Positions 1 to 10,411 of a stretch of 64,000 bases of DNA are shown piece after piece. Origin of the DNA: an uncultured Polaribacter sp. GTDB taxonomy: Bacteria; Bacteroidota; Bacteroidia; Flavobacteriales; Flavobacteriaceae. Within the stretch, counting starts at the first letter, position 1. Each line of letters opens with the position of its first letter. The notes under the pieces are model-generated. The model was not told the DNA's origin. It made no database searches and saw only the letters and a list, made by a program, of their open reading frames with translations. The position numbers were made by a program, and so were the translations under genes. The stretch covers positions 13,968 to 77,967 of the forward strand of contig CAXYCO010000010.1 in assembly GCA_964275545.1 (NCBI GenBank), given 5' to 3'.

Positions 1-4
1 AAAA

Positions 5-844
5 ATGCTTCAAATTATTTTCTTTGCTCTGTTTGTTGGTATTAGTCTTTTATTAATTGCCGAGGAAAAAGCAAAACCTCTAATACAGTTTTTTGATTCA
101 CTTAACGAAGTAGTTATGAAGATGGTCGATCTCATAATGCTTTTTGCACCCTATGCAGTATTTGCATTAATGGCAAATGTTATTATTGCTTTTGATGATA
201 CAGAAATACTTTTAAAATTATTACAATATGCATTTTGTGTAATCGGAGGATTAATTTTAATGATAGGTTTTTATCTAATTTTAGTAAAAGTTTATACAAA
301 AAAATCTCCTTTATGGTTTTTAAAAAAAATATCACCGGCTCAACTTTTAGCCTTTTCTACTAGCTCTAGTGCGGCTACACTTCCAGTAACAATGGAACGT
401 GTTGAAGAACACTTAGGAGTAGACAAAGAAGTATCAGGTTTTGTATTGCCAGTTGGTGCAACAGTAAATATGGATGGTACGAGTTTATACCAAGGTATAG
501 CTGCAGTATTTATTATGCAAGTTATTTGGCCGGAAGGGTTAACTTTTACAAATCAATTACTCATTATTGCTACTGCATTATTAGCTTCTATTGGTAGTGC
601 AGCTGTTCCAAGTGCTGGTATGGTAATGTTAGTTATTGTTCTAGAATCTATTGGTTTCCCTGCAGAATTATTACCTATTGGTTTGGCTCTTATTTTTGCT
701 GTAGATAGGCCTTTAGACATGTGTAGAACTGTTGTAAACGTAACAGGTGATGCAACAGTATCAATGTTAATAGCAAAATCTTTAGGTAAACTTCATGATC
801 CTAAACCAAAAAATTGGGATGATAATTATGAGAAAGTAAAATAA
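5..844 (+). CDS. Dicarboxylate/amino acid:cation symporter (GltP/DAACS family), C-terminal part; gene probably starts upstream of the window
   Basis: Motifs AFSTSSSAATLP, GATVNMDGT and AVDRPLDMCRTVVNVTGD. Confidence 0.92.
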   Translation: MLQIIFFALFVGISLLLIAEEKAKPLIQFFDSLNEVVMKMVDLIMLFAPYAVFALMANVIIAFDDTEILLKLLQYAFCVIGGLILMIGFYLILVKVYTKKSPLWFLKKISPAQLLAFSTSSSAATLPVTMERVEEHLGVDKEVSGFVLPVGATVNMDGTSLYQGIAAVFIMQVIWPEGLTFTNQLLIIATALLASIGSAAVPSAGMVMLVIVLESIGFPAELLPIGLALIFAVDRPLDMCRTVVNVTGDATVSMLIAKSLGKLHDPKPKNWDDNYEKVK

Positions 845-920
845 ATTATTACTTATACTTTTCATTTTAAATTTTAAAAGAGATCTATTTTTAATAAAGT
901 ATAAATATTTCACAAAATTA

Positions 921-1761
921 ATGTCTTTAAAATTAAATAAACCTTTAGTTTCAGTAGATTGGCTATATAGCAACTTGGATAATGAAAAACTGATTATTTT
1001 AGATTGTACGATTTCGAAAGTCAAAATAAATTCCAAAATAATTTTAGAAAAAAATCAAATTAAAGGCGCCATTTTTTTTTGATATAAAACATGTTTTTTC
1101 TGATGAGAATGGAAAATTTCCCAATACCGTTTTAAAGCCAAAATTATTTCAAGAAAAAGCAAAAACAATAGGAATAAATAAAGATTCCATACTTATTTGT
1201 TATGACAATTTGGGAATCTATTCCTCAGCAAGAGTTTGGTGGATGTTTCAATTAATGGGGTTTAAAAATATAGCTGTTTTAGATGGAGGGTTACCAGAGT
1301 GGAAGTTAAAAAAATATCCTGTTGAAAATCTAGAAAAGTATCAAATAAATAAAGGCAACTTTATAGTTAATTACCAACCAGAGAAACTAAAATCTACAGA
1401 GGATGTCTTAAATTCCTATGAAAATAAAGATGTCTTAATTTTAGATGCAAGATCTAAAGGAAGGTTTAACGGAACAGAACCAGAGCCAAGAAAGAATTTA
1501 TCTAGTGGGCATATTCCTAATTCTCATAATTTACCTTATAGCGAAATCTTATTAAATGGAAAGATGAAAACACTAGAAGAATTACATACTATTTTTAAAA
1601 ATTTTAAAAATAAAAAGCAGTTTATTTTTACATGTGGATCGGGAATTACAGCTTCTATTTTAGCTTTAGGAGCGGCACTCATAGATTTAGAAAATATTGC
1701 TGTTTATGACGGCTCATGGACTGAATGGGGGAGTGAACTAAAAAATCCAATAGAAAGATAA
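921..1761 (+). CDS. Two-domain rhodanese/3-mercaptopyruvate sulfurtransferase (SseA-like), frameshifted by one extra T in the T9 run at 1072-1080
   Basis: ATG at 921 reads MSLKLNKPLVSVDWLYSNLDNEKLIILDCT...IKGAIFF. After a +1 shift it continues DIKHVFSD...YDNLGIYSSARVWW into ORF 1210-1761. Active-site loop CGSGITA and C-terminal YDGSWTEW. Confidence 0.88.
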
Positions 1762-2026
1762 CAAGAAATTAAATTGTATAATCATAAAAATTTAAAATAG
1801 CTATTACATTAAATTTTATCAATGTGATATTCAATAATAGAGTAATTTTCTTGAGTAGAAAAGCAGTCCTGATTTACGACTTATAGATACTTATGATGTA
1901 AGCTTACATCAAACTTACAGGAAATTAGGCAACCATAAATAATTATAACCTACAATAATTAATTAGAATTAGTTTTTTTAAAGTTTGATTCTTTTTTGCT
2001 AAGCGTCTACATTAAAAAAGATGTAC

Positions 2027-2683
2027 CTATAAAATATTTTTTAGTCGTTTAAAATTATTGATGATAAAATCTGCATTTTCGAGGGTTTGTCCTTCAGATA
2101 GTGGGTTTCTATAACCAAAAACAAAAATACCAGAATCGTTTGCAGCTTTAACTCCATTATCCGAATCTTCAATTACAATACAATTTCCTTTCGCTGTATT
2201 TCCTAAAATAGCTGCTTTATTAAAAATTTCTGGATGTGGTTTCGATTGTGTCAGATCTGCACCACTAATTTTAGCTGTAAAATATTTTTGTAAATCAAAT
2301 CGATCAAAAACTCTGTTAATATTTATCATAGCAGAAGAAGAAGCCAATACCATTATGATTTCTTTATTAAAAAGGTATTGTATGATTTCTTTAACCCCTT
2401 TTACTAAATGCAAACTTGAATCATTCTCAAATAGATTTACATATATTTTTCTTTTCTGAAGAACCAATTCATTGGCATCTTGATCTAAATTAAAATGGGC
2501 AATTAATTTTTGAAAAGCATTAATCGTAGAAGAGCCTGTAATAGTCTTGTATAATTCATCAGAAACATCTAAACCTAAAGATATGAATGTTTTGTAATAG
2601 GCTTTTTTATGAATTTCTTCAGAATCTATAATGACACCGTCCATATCAAAAATCACACATTTTATTTCCTTTGGTATATTCAT
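2027..2683 (-). CDS. HAD-superfamily phosphatase (beta-phosphoglucomutase-like)
   Basis: FDMDGVIIDS motif I, KPHPEIF and VIEDSDNG. Confidence 0.9.
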   Translation of the reverse strand: MNIPKEIKCVIFDMDGVIIDSEEIHKKAYYKTFISLGLDVSDELYKTITGSSTINAFQKLIAHFNLDQDANELVLQKRKIYVNLFENDSSLHLVKGVKEIIQYLFNKEIIMVLASSSAMININRVFDRFDLQKYFTAKISGADLTQSKPHPEIFNKAAILGNTAKGNCIVIEDSDNGVKAANDSGIFVFGYRNPLSEGQTLENADFIINNFKRLKNIL

Positions 2684-3100
2684 TTAGTCTAAAAATTTAA
2701 CTTTTAATTCAGGTGATGGTATCATGCAATTTTCTTTCTTTCCAAACCATTTATAACGATTTTTAGCAATATAATCATATATTAAATTTCTAAATTTTTC
2801 TGGAAAAATTAAAAAGAGTTGAGTTGCTTTCCAAAACCCACCAAAATCATTCATAATTTTTAAAGCGGCAGTAGATTTAATATCATAAGACACATTGGGT
2901 TCGTATAAAATGATGGAGTCTATTTTAGAAATATCAATTTTTAAATGATTTATCACTTTTTTCCCAGTTTCAGATTGTAAAGCAGTAAAAACAAAGGTAT
3001 TTTTACGGTCGTTTTTTATCACCTTAAGAACAGCATCGTTACATAAATTACAAATTCCATCAAACAAAATTAGTTTTTTATTTTTAGGTAAGTCAATCAT
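2684..3100 (-). CDS. DCC1-like thiol-disulfide oxidoreductase family protein (DUF393)
   Basis: FDGICNLC (DxxCxxC) and YDYIAKNRYKWFGK...C. Confidence 0.9.
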   Translation of the reverse strand: MIDLPKNKKLILFDGICNLCNDAVLKVIKNDRKNTFVFTALQSETGKKVINHLKIDISKIDSIILYEPNVSYDIKSTAALKIMNDFGGFWKATQLFLIFPEKFRNLIYDYIAKNRYKWFGKKENCMIPSPELKVKFLD

Positions 3101-3155
3101 TTACAATCGTTAAAATTATGAATTGCAAAGGTACTTTATCTTTTTTTAAAATTAT

Positions 3156-3181
3156 TGTAACAATTATTTTATTCTAGCGTC
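3156..3181 (+). promoter_or_regulatory. Putative ECF-sigma promoter for the ABC exporter operon
   Basis: TGTAAC-N16-CGTC, the AAC...CGT architecture typical of ECF promoters, about 105 nt upstream of the ATG at 3287. Confidence 0.5.
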
Positions 3182-3286
3182 TTATGGTAGTAAGTCACAA
3201 ATAATTTATAATCCTTGCTTTTAACAAAATATTAGTAGAAGCAATGGGTAGGTTTGGGTACTTTAGTTTAAAATTAACTATTCGAA

Positions 3287-3979
3287 ATGATTAAAATAGA
3301 AAAATTACACAAATCGTATCCAATTGGGAAAGATTCTTTACACGTTTTAAAAGGAATTGATTTACATATAAAAGAAGGAGAATTTGTATCTATTATGGGA
3401 TCTTCAGGTTCAGGAAAATCTACCTTGCTAAACATTGTTGGTTTGTTAGATGAGCATGATGAAGGAGATTACTATTTAAATGGACAGTTAATAAAAGATT
3501 TAAATGAGAAAAAAGCAGCCATTTTAAGAAATAAATTTTTAGGATTTGTTTTTCAATCATTTAATCTAATTTCTTACAAAACAGCTTTAGAAAATGTTGC
3601 TTTGCCATTGTATTATAAAGGTATGGCAAGAAAAGAGCGTTTAAAGGTTGCTTTAGAATATTTAGATAAAGTGGAATTAAAAGATTGGGCAAATCATTTG
3701 CCAAACGAATTGTCTGGTGGGCAAAAACAGCGCGTTGCTATTGCAAGAGCCTTGGTTACAAATCCGAAAGTAGTGTTAGCAGATGAGCCAACAGGAGCCT
3801 TAGACTCCACCACTACAGATAATGTAATGGATTTATTAAAGGCAATTAATGATGAGGGAATGACCGTTTTTGTGATTACTCACGAAGAAGAAGTTGCAGA
3901 GCAAACCAAGAGAATTGTTCGTTTAAAGGACGGTGTAATCATTAGTGATACGGTAACTAGTGTAGCAAAAGCAGTATAA
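3287..3979 (+). CDS. ABC transporter ATP-binding protein (MacB/LolD-like)
   Basis: Walker A GSSGSGKST, signature LSGGQKQRVAIARAL, Walker B LADEPTGALD. Confidence 0.95.
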   Translation: MIKIEKLHKSYPIGKDSLHVLKGIDLHIKEGEFVSIMGSSGSGKSTLLNIVGLLDEHDEGDYYLNGQLIKDLNEKKAAILRNKFLGFVFQSFNLISYKTALENVALPLYYKGMARKERLKVALEYLDKVELKDWANHLPNELSGGQKQRVAIARALVTNPKVVLADEPTGALDSTTTDNVMDLLKAINDEGMTVFVITHEEEVAEQTKRIVRLKDGVIISDTVTSVAKAV

Positions 3980-3981
3980 TT

Positions 3982-5214
3982 ATGTTTGATTTAGATCGCT
4001 GGAGAGAAATTTTTCAAAGTATCAACAAAAACAGACTGCGTTCTATAATGTCTGGTTTTACGGTAGCTTTTGCTATTTTACTTTTTACATTATTATTTGG
4101 TGTTGCTAGCGGATTGGGAAATTTCTTTAAAACTGCTTTTGCCGATGATGCACAGAACATGATGGTTGTTCGCGTTTGGAAAACCACAATACCATACAAA
4201 GGACTTCAAACGGGAAGAAGAATTCAACTAAAAAATAGAGATTATAACTTTGTAGCTGATGAATATTCCAATAACATTCAATTTCAAACAGCAAGAATAA
4301 ATAATAATTTTTCTATCAAATACAAAAATAAAGCTAATAATTATAGCATTAGAGCGGTGCATCCAGATCATCAATTTTTAGAAAAAACAATCATTGATGA
4401 AGGTCGTTATTTAAATGAAAGAGATTTAAAGAGTAAATCTAAAGTTATTGTTATTGGTAGGTTAATCAAGAAAGATTTATTTGGGGAAAAAATAGCTTTA
4501 GGAAAAAGGGTAAATGTAAATGGGAGTTCTTTTTTAATTATTGGAATTTTTTCTGACGAAGGGGGAGATAATGAAGAAAGAATGGCATACATGCCAGTAA
4601 CTACAGCACAAATGATGTATGGCAATAACGACTATATTAATCAAATAAATTTAGGGTATAATCCAGCTTTAAGTACAGATGCAGCTATTGCTTTTGGTGA
4701 AAAAGTGGAACGTGACATGCGTAAGAAATTAAACATTCATCCAGATGATCAAAGTGCTTTGTCTGTGAGAAATATGGCAGAAGCAAATAAGTTTTTTGGT
4801 ATTATTATGTTTGCCTTATACTTAATTATTGCTTTTATAGGTTCAGGAACCTTGGTTGCTGGGATTATTGGAATTAGCAATATTATGATTTTTGTAATTA
4901 AAGAGCGTACCAAAGAATTAGGAATTCGAAAAGCTTTGGGAGCCAAACCTAGTGCCATTATAGGTATGGTTGTTCAGGAGTCTGTATTAATTACTGCTAT
5001 TGCTGGCTATGCAGGTTTATCTTTAGGAACCTATATTTTAAGTTTAATAGGCAATAGCTTGGAAGAACAATATTTTATTAAAGATCCTAGTGTAAGCCCT
5101 GGAATTGTAATTGGTGCGACTATAATTCTTGTTTTTTCAGGATTAATTGCAGGATATGTTCCAGCCAAAAGAGCAGCAAAAATTAAACCCATAGAAGCAC
5201 TAAGAGCAGATTAA
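3982..5214 (+). CDS. ABC transporter permease (MacB/FtsX family)
   Basis: N-terminal TM, large periplasmic domain, KERTKELGIRKALGA, C-terminal PIEALR. Confidence 0.93.
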   Translation: MFDLDRWREIFQSINKNRLRSIMSGFTVAFAILLFTLLFGVASGLGNFFKTAFADDAQNMMVVRVWKTTIPYKGLQTGRRIQLKNRDYNFVADEYSNNIQFQTARINNNFSIKYKNKANNYSIRAVHPDHQFLEKTIIDEGRYLNERDLKSKSKVIVIGRLIKKDLFGEKIALGKRVNVNGSSFLIIGIFSDEGGDNEERMAYMPVTTAQMMYGNNDYINQINLGYNPALSTDAAIAFGEKVERDMRKKLNIHPDDQSALSVRNMAEANKFFGIIMFALYLIIAFIGSGTLVAGIIGISNIMIFVIKERTKELGIRKALGAKPSAIIGMVVQESVLITAIAGYAGLSLGTYILSLIGNSLEEQYFIKDPSVSPGIVIGATIILVFSGLIAGYVPAKRAAKIKPIEALRAD

Positions 5215-5216
5215 TT

Positions 5217-6461
5217 ATGAAATTCTTATTCGATTCAGATACTTGGCAAGAAATTTACGGAAGCATTCGTAAAAATAAAATTCGTACCGTAATTACCATT
5301 ATAGGAGTGCTTTGGGGAATTTTCTTATTAGTAGTTTTATTAGGTGCAGCGAGAGGTTTGGAAAATAGCTTTAACAAAGCCTTTGGAAACTTTGCTACCA
5401 ATAGTGTTTTTGTCTGGACACAATCTACAGACACCCCTTTCAAAGGGTTTCAAAAGGGAAGGAGATTTCGTTTGAATACGAATGATATAGACATCTTAAA
5501 ATCTGAATATTCCAATGAAATTAAATTGTTGGCCCCAAGGAACCAAACGAATAATCTTATGGTGAAAGACTTTAAATCGGGTTCATTTAGAGTAAGTGGT
5601 GATTTTCCAATTTTAGATCAAATTCAAAAGAAAAAATTAATATACGGTCGTTTTTTAAATCAAAATGATATTCTATCCATAGCCAAAGTCACTGTCATCT
5701 CAGAAGATATGTACAAACAGTTATTTGATAAAGGCGAAATGCCCATTGGGCAATACATTAAAATAAATAGTATCAATTATAAGGTTATTGGTGTTTATGA
5801 GCCTTCCAATACTATAAATCTTGATGGAGATACTGCTTATATTCCCTTTTCAACTTTTAGAAAAGTTTATAATACTGCCAATAATATCGATTGGATGATG
5901 ATTACGGCCAACGAAGGTATCGATATTGAGCAAATGGAAAGAGACATTCTTCTAACCTTAAAGAATTTGCACAAAGTTCACCCCGAAGATGAAAGAGCTT
6001 TTGGAAGTGTTAATTTAGGTAAAGAAATTGGTAGGTTAACAGGCTTCTTAACAGGGATGCAGTTTTTAACTTGGTTTGTAGGTATCGCCACATTAATTGC
6101 TGGAGTTTTTGCCATTGGAAATATCCTACTAATTACGGTAAAAGAACGGACCAAAGAAATTGGAATTCGAAGGGCCATAGGTGCTACTCCAAAGAGTATT
6201 CGTCAGCAAATTATTTTAGAATCTGTTTTTTTAACTACGGTTGCTGGTATGATTGGTATTATATTTGGTGCCGCTGTATTAATGATTATTGATTTACAAT
6301 GGGGTCAAGGTGTTGATGCCGCATTGGTAAATCCAACGGTAAATATCCCCATTATACTAATAGCATTTACAACCTTAGTTATTTTAGGAACATTAATAGG
6401 ATTAATTCCTGCCCACATGGCAACCATAGTTAAACCAATAGAAGCATTAAGAGAAGAATAA
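5217..6461 (+). CDS. ABC transporter permease (MacB/FtsX family), second paralog
   Basis: KERTKEIGIRRAIGA, PIEALREE; same architecture as the upstream gene. Confidence 0.93.
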   Translation: MKFLFDSDTWQEIYGSIRKNKIRTVITIIGVLWGIFLLVVLLGAARGLENSFNKAFGNFATNSVFVWTQSTDTPFKGFQKGRRFRLNTNDIDILKSEYSNEIKLLAPRNQTNNLMVKDFKSGSFRVSGDFPILDQIQKKKLIYGRFLNQNDILSIAKVTVISEDMYKQLFDKGEMPIGQYIKINSINYKVIGVYEPSNTINLDGDTAYIPFSTFRKVYNTANNIDWMMITANEGIDIEQMERDILLTLKNLHKVHPEDERAFGSVNLGKEIGRLTGFLTGMQFLTWFVGIATLIAGVFAIGNILLITVKERTKEIGIRRAIGATPKSIRQQIILESVFLTTVAGMIGIIFGAAVLMIIDLQWGQGVDAALVNPTVNIPIILIAFTTLVILGTLIGLIPAHMATIVKPIEALREE

Positions 6462-6476
6462 AACAATCAATAAATT

Positions 6477-7601
6477 ATGAGTAAAAGAGCAAAAATTATT
6501 TTAATTATTATATCAATCCTTTTTATAGTAGCACTTGTTTGGTTCGGTAAAAAGAATAAAAAAAATATTGTAGAGTATGAAACAGAAACACCATTTAGAA
6601 CTACAATTATAAAGAAAACAGTTGCTACGGGTAAAGTAATTCCTTTAGAAGAGGTTGAAATTAAACCTCAAATAGCAGGAATTATAAATAAAATTTTTGT
6701 TGAAGAAGGTTCTATTGTAAAGGCGGGAGATTTAATTGCAACGGTAAGAGTTGTTCCCAATGTAGCCTCTCTAAACAGAGCAACAGGAAGTGTTAAAAAT
6801 GCAAAATTAAATTACAATAATGCAAAAACACAATACAATAGAAATAAAAAATTATTCGATAAAGGCGTTATCTCACGTCAAGAATTTGAGACTTCAGAAT
6901 TAAGTTTTAACAATGCAAAACTGTCCTTATCTAATGCGCAGTCAGACTTAGATATTATTAAGAAAGGATCTACATCGGGGCTTGGTAAAACGGCAAATAC
7001 AAACATTAGAGCAACTGCATCTGGAATGATTATAGAGATTCCTGTTAAAGTTGGTTATCAAGTTACTCAAACCAACGATTTTAATGCAGGAACCACTATC
7101 GCTCGTGTGGCAGACATGACAAAAATGATTTTTGAAGGAAAAGTTGATGAATCTGAAGTGGGTAAATTGATTAAAGGGACTGATATTGAAGTCTCTATAG
7201 GGGCCATAGAAGGAACTAAATTTCCAGCAAAACTAATTTTTATTGCACCCAAAGGAACCGAAGAGGGGGGTGCTGTTCAATTTAAAATAAAAGCAGATGT
7301 AACTTTAGATGAAAACTTTTTTATTAGAGCAGGCTACAGTGCCAATGCCGATATTGTTCTGGAGAAAAAAGATAGTATTAAATCGATTAGAGAAGCGTTA
7401 TTAAAATTTGACAGAAAGACCGAAGAGCCTTATGTTGAAGTGAAAAACTCTGATGGAAAATTTGACAAAAGAACTTTAAAACTTGGAACTTCTGATGGAG
7501 TGAATGTGGAGATCATAGATGGTCTTGAAATGGAAGATGAAATCAAGGTTTGGAATAAAGCAAAAAAAGAGGACGAGAAAGAAGAAGGCAAGGGTAAGTA
7601 A
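6477..7601 (+). CDS. Efflux periplasmic adaptor/membrane fusion protein (MacA/HlyD-like)
   Basis: N-terminal TM anchor, biotinyl-lipoyl-like halves around a coiled coil; operonic with the ABC genes. Confidence 0.9.
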   Translation: MSKRAKIILIIISILFIVALVWFGKKNKKNIVEYETETPFRTTIIKKTVATGKVIPLEEVEIKPQIAGIINKIFVEEGSIVKAGDLIATVRVVPNVASLNRATGSVKNAKLNYNNAKTQYNRNKKLFDKGVISRQEFETSELSFNNAKLSLSNAQSDLDIIKKGSTSGLGKTANTNIRATASGMIIEIPVKVGYQVTQTNDFNAGTTIARVADMTKMIFEGKVDESEVGKLIKGTDIEVSIGAIEGTKFPAKLIFIAPKGTEEGGAVQFKIKADVTLDENFFIRAGYSANADIVLEKKDSIKSIREALLKFDRKTEEPYVEVKNSDGKFDKRTLKLGTSDGVNVEIIDGLEMEDEIKVWNKAKKEDEKEEGKGK

Positions 7602-7618
7602 TTAGCTTATTTTCATTC

Positions 7619-7655
7619 AATAAAAAAGGAACTCTTATAGAGTTCCTTTTTTATT
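7619..7655. terminator. Bidirectional intrinsic terminator between convergent genes
   Basis: AATAAAAAAGGAACTCT-TAT-AGAGTTCCTTTTTTATT perfect inverted repeat. Confidence 0.85.
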
Positions 7656-8318
7656 ATTCAATGCATAAGAAATTCCAAATTCTATACCTAAAACATTGTA
7701 TCCATCATTGGGTGATAAAAAATTTAAGTTAGAAACATGCCCAAAGTTGGTTCCCAAATATATAGACGTATCTTTAAAAGTTTGATGGGATATACCAATA
7801 GATAAGTTTTCGATAAAAGTAAACCCATTAGCCAAGCGTTCTGTTTTGGTATTTATAATTGCGATTCCACCTCCAACACCAAATTGCATCTCTAGTTTGT
7901 TTAAGAGTTGTTTTTTTATAGTTACCGTCAATTCGAAGGCATACAGGTTCATGGATTTTTTTTTTGTATAGATTTCCCTTAATTCAAGGTAATTATCTCC
8001 ATGGCGAGGTTGTACAAAAGATGGATTTAGTAATTTATGAGTTAAAAATTGAACTTGAGGCTGAGCAATTAAATCAAAATTTAAACTTTTCCAAGACCCG
8101 AGTTTATAAAAAAATTGCGCTTTATAGGTATTCGTTTTGTAGGAATAATCTTTATCATCAAATAAAAAATTATTTTCGTTTCCATAATTATAAAGCACTC
8201 CTACTTTATAGGGAGACCATATACCTTTCTTTAATTTTTGTCCGAATGATTTAAAAACCAAAAGGAAAAAAATTAAAAGAATAATAGTATTGTATGTTTT
8301 AAGAAAACATTTTTGCAA
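7635..8318 (-). CDS. Acyloxyacyl hydrolase / PagL-like lipid A 3-O-deacylase outer-membrane beta-barrel
   Basis: Signal peptide, amphipathic beta strands, C-terminal HVSNLNFLSPNDGYN resembling the PagL HxSN...N motif. Confidence 0.75.
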   Translation of the reverse strand: MQKCFLKTYNTIILLIFFLLVFKSFGQKLKKGIWSPYKVGVLYNYGNENNFLFDDKDYSYKTNTYKAQFFYKLGSWKSLNFDLIAQPQVQFLTHKLLNPSFVQPRHGDNYLELREIYTKKKSMNLYAFELTVTIKKQLLNKLEMQFGVGGGIAIINTKTERLANGFTFIENLSIGISHQTFKDTSIYLGTNFGHVSNLNFLSPNDGYNVLGIEFGISYALNNKKGTL

Positions 8319-9186
8319 CTTTTACAGCTTTTCTACTTTCAGAATAATCATAAAAACCTTCGCCAGATTTTATCCCTAACTTTCCAGCATTTACCATATT
8401 TACCAATAGGGGGCAAGGGGCATATTTGGGGTTTTTAAACCCATCATACATTACATTTAATATAGACAAGCAAACATCCAAACCAATAAAATCGGCCAAC
8501 TGTAATGGTCCCATAGGATGCGCCATACCTAATTTCATGACGGTATCTATTTCAGCAACACCAGCAACGTCATTATACAAAGTTTCAATAGACTCGTTAA
8601 TCATTGGCATTAAAATTCTGTTGGCAACAAAACCAGGGTAGTCATTTACTTCAACAGGAATTTTATTAATTTTTTTTGTTAACTCAACTGTAAAGCTCAT
8701 CACTTCATCTGAAGTATTATACCCTCTAATGATCTCTACTAATTTCATAATTGGTACAGGGTTCATAAAGTGCATTCCAATTACTTTTTCGGGTCTCATG
8801 GTTACACCGGCTATTTGAGTAATAGAAATTGACGATGTATTTGTTGCTAAAATGCAATCTTTGGGGCAAAATTCATCTAGTTCTTTAAAAATTTTAGATT
8901 TTAAAGAAACATTTTCAGTTGCGGCTTCCACTACTAAACTGGCATTTTTCACTCCTTCTTTGATAGAGGTATAGGATGTAATATTTGCTAAAGTCTGATT
9001 TTTATCATCTTCAGAAATTTTTTCTTTAGCAACCATTCTATCTAAGTTCTTTTTGATGGTTGATATTCCTTTATCCAGTGCAACTTGAGATACATCAATT
9101 AGTTGAACATTATAATTAAATTGAGCAAATGTATGTGCAATACCATTTCCCATTGTTCCCGCTCCAATTACAGCTATATTTTTCAT
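8299..9186 (-). CDS. hbd: 3-hydroxybutyryl-CoA (3-hydroxyacyl-CoA) dehydrogenase
   Basis: GAGTMGNG, ATNTSSIS, GMHFMNP, HPMGPLQLAD. Confidence 0.93.
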   Translation of the reverse strand: MKNIAVIGAGTMGNGIAHTFAQFNYNVQLIDVSQVALDKGISTIKKNLDRMVAKEKISEDDKNQTLANITSYTSIKEGVKNASLVVEAATENVSLKSKIFKELDEFCPKDCILATNTSSISITQIAGVTMRPEKVIGMHFMNPVPIMKLVEIIRGYNTSDEVMSFTVELTKKINKIPVEVNDYPGFVANRILMPMINESIETLYNDVAGVAEIDTVMKLGMAHPMGPLQLADFIGLDVCLSILNVMYDGFKNPKYAPCPLLVNMVNAGKLGIKSGEGFYDYSESRKAVKVAKMFS

Positions 9187-9346
9187 GTAAAATTATTTAA
9201 TAACTACTATTTATTTTATTAACTTAAAATTGTGTTTTGTTTTGCAATCTTTATTATACTTATTTAATTAACTGAATTTTAAAAAAAAATCACTTCAATA
9301 ACTATCATAACTAGTATATATTATTGATTTTAATCCATTAAAAGCT

Positions 9347-10306
9347 TTAAAAACAATCAATAATCATTTGTGCAACTCTTAATGCTTCAGTTCCTTGATG
9401 CAGAGAAACTATAGGTGTTGTATCATTTAGAATAGCATCTGCAAATGACTCTAATTCATCTAGGATTGCGTTGTTGGGCCTTACTTCTGGGTTATCAAAA
9501 TAAATTTGTTTTTTCACCCCTTCAGCATTTTGTAAAATCATTGCAAATTCATCTGGATTTTCTGGAACATCTTTCATTTTTACAACTTCAGATTTTTTCT
9601 CCAAGAAATCAATAGAAATGTAGGCATCTTTTTGAAAGAATCTAGATTTTCGCATGTTTTTCATAGAAATTCTACTGGCCGTTAGATTTGCAACACATCC
9701 GTTTTCAAATTCTATTCTAGCATTTGCAATATCAGGAGTTTCAGAAATTACTGAAATACCACTAGCATTAATGTTTTTTACCTTAGAATTAACAACAGAG
9801 AGAATAATATCGATGTCATGAATCATTAAATCTAATACAACAGGCACATCTGTTCCTCTGGGATTAAATTCTGCCAACCTATGTGTTTCTATAAACATTG
9901 GTGTATCAATCATGTCTCTAACCGCTGTAAAAGCCGGATTAAAACGTTCTACATGACCAACTTGACCACGAATATGTTGTTGGCTTGCTAAAGTTCTAAT
10001 GGCTTCAGCCTCTTGTAATGTATTGGTAATTGGTTTTTCAATAAAAATATGTTTTCCTTTCTGTATAGCATTTTTTGCACAATCAAAATGAGATAGCGTT
10101 GGAGTTACAATATCTACAACATCTACAGCATCGATCAAATCATCGATAGAATCAAATAATGTATAGCCAAATTCCTTTGCTACTTTTTCAGCATTTTCTG
10201 TAAAAGGATCATAAAATCCAATTAATTCATATTTTTCTGATTCCTGTAATAAACGAAGATGAATTTTCCCAAGATGTCCAGCACCTAAAACTCCAACTTT
10301 TAACAT
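9347..10306 (-). CDS. Gfo/Idh/MocA family oxidoreductase (GnnA/WlbA-like)
   Basis: GAGHLG, EKP, GHVERFNPA, DLMIHDID. Confidence 0.88.
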   Translation of the reverse strand: MLKVGVLGAGHLGKIHLRLLQESEKYELIGFYDPFTENAEKVAKEFGYTLFDSIDDLIDAVDVVDIVTPTLSHFDCAKNAIQKGKHIFIEKPITNTLQEAEAIRTLASQQHIRGQVGHVERFNPAFTAVRDMIDTPMFIETHRLAEFNPRGTDVPVVLDLMIHDIDIILSVVNSKVKNINASGISVISETPDIANARIEFENGCVANLTASRISMKNMRKSRFFQKDAYISIDFLEKKSEVVKMKDVPENPDEFAMILQNAEGVKKQIYFDNPEVRPNNAILDELESFADAILNDTTPIVSLHQGTEALRVAQMIIDCF

Positions 10307-10411
10307 AAATATATTTTTTTATTTTGAGTAATCTAACAAAAACAAAGATACAATTTAATAGGAATCTATTTATATTTATTAGTATTTTTAGATTTTAGAA
10401 AACCAATTAAA

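Noticed and set aside
782-1036. 84-aa minus-strand ORF
   Set aside because: Antisense to the symporter end and the true sulfurtransferase 5' region; no motif
4014-8641. Short shadow ORFs in the ABC, pagL-like and hbd genes
   Set aside because: Antisense or out-of-frame overlaps of well-supported genes
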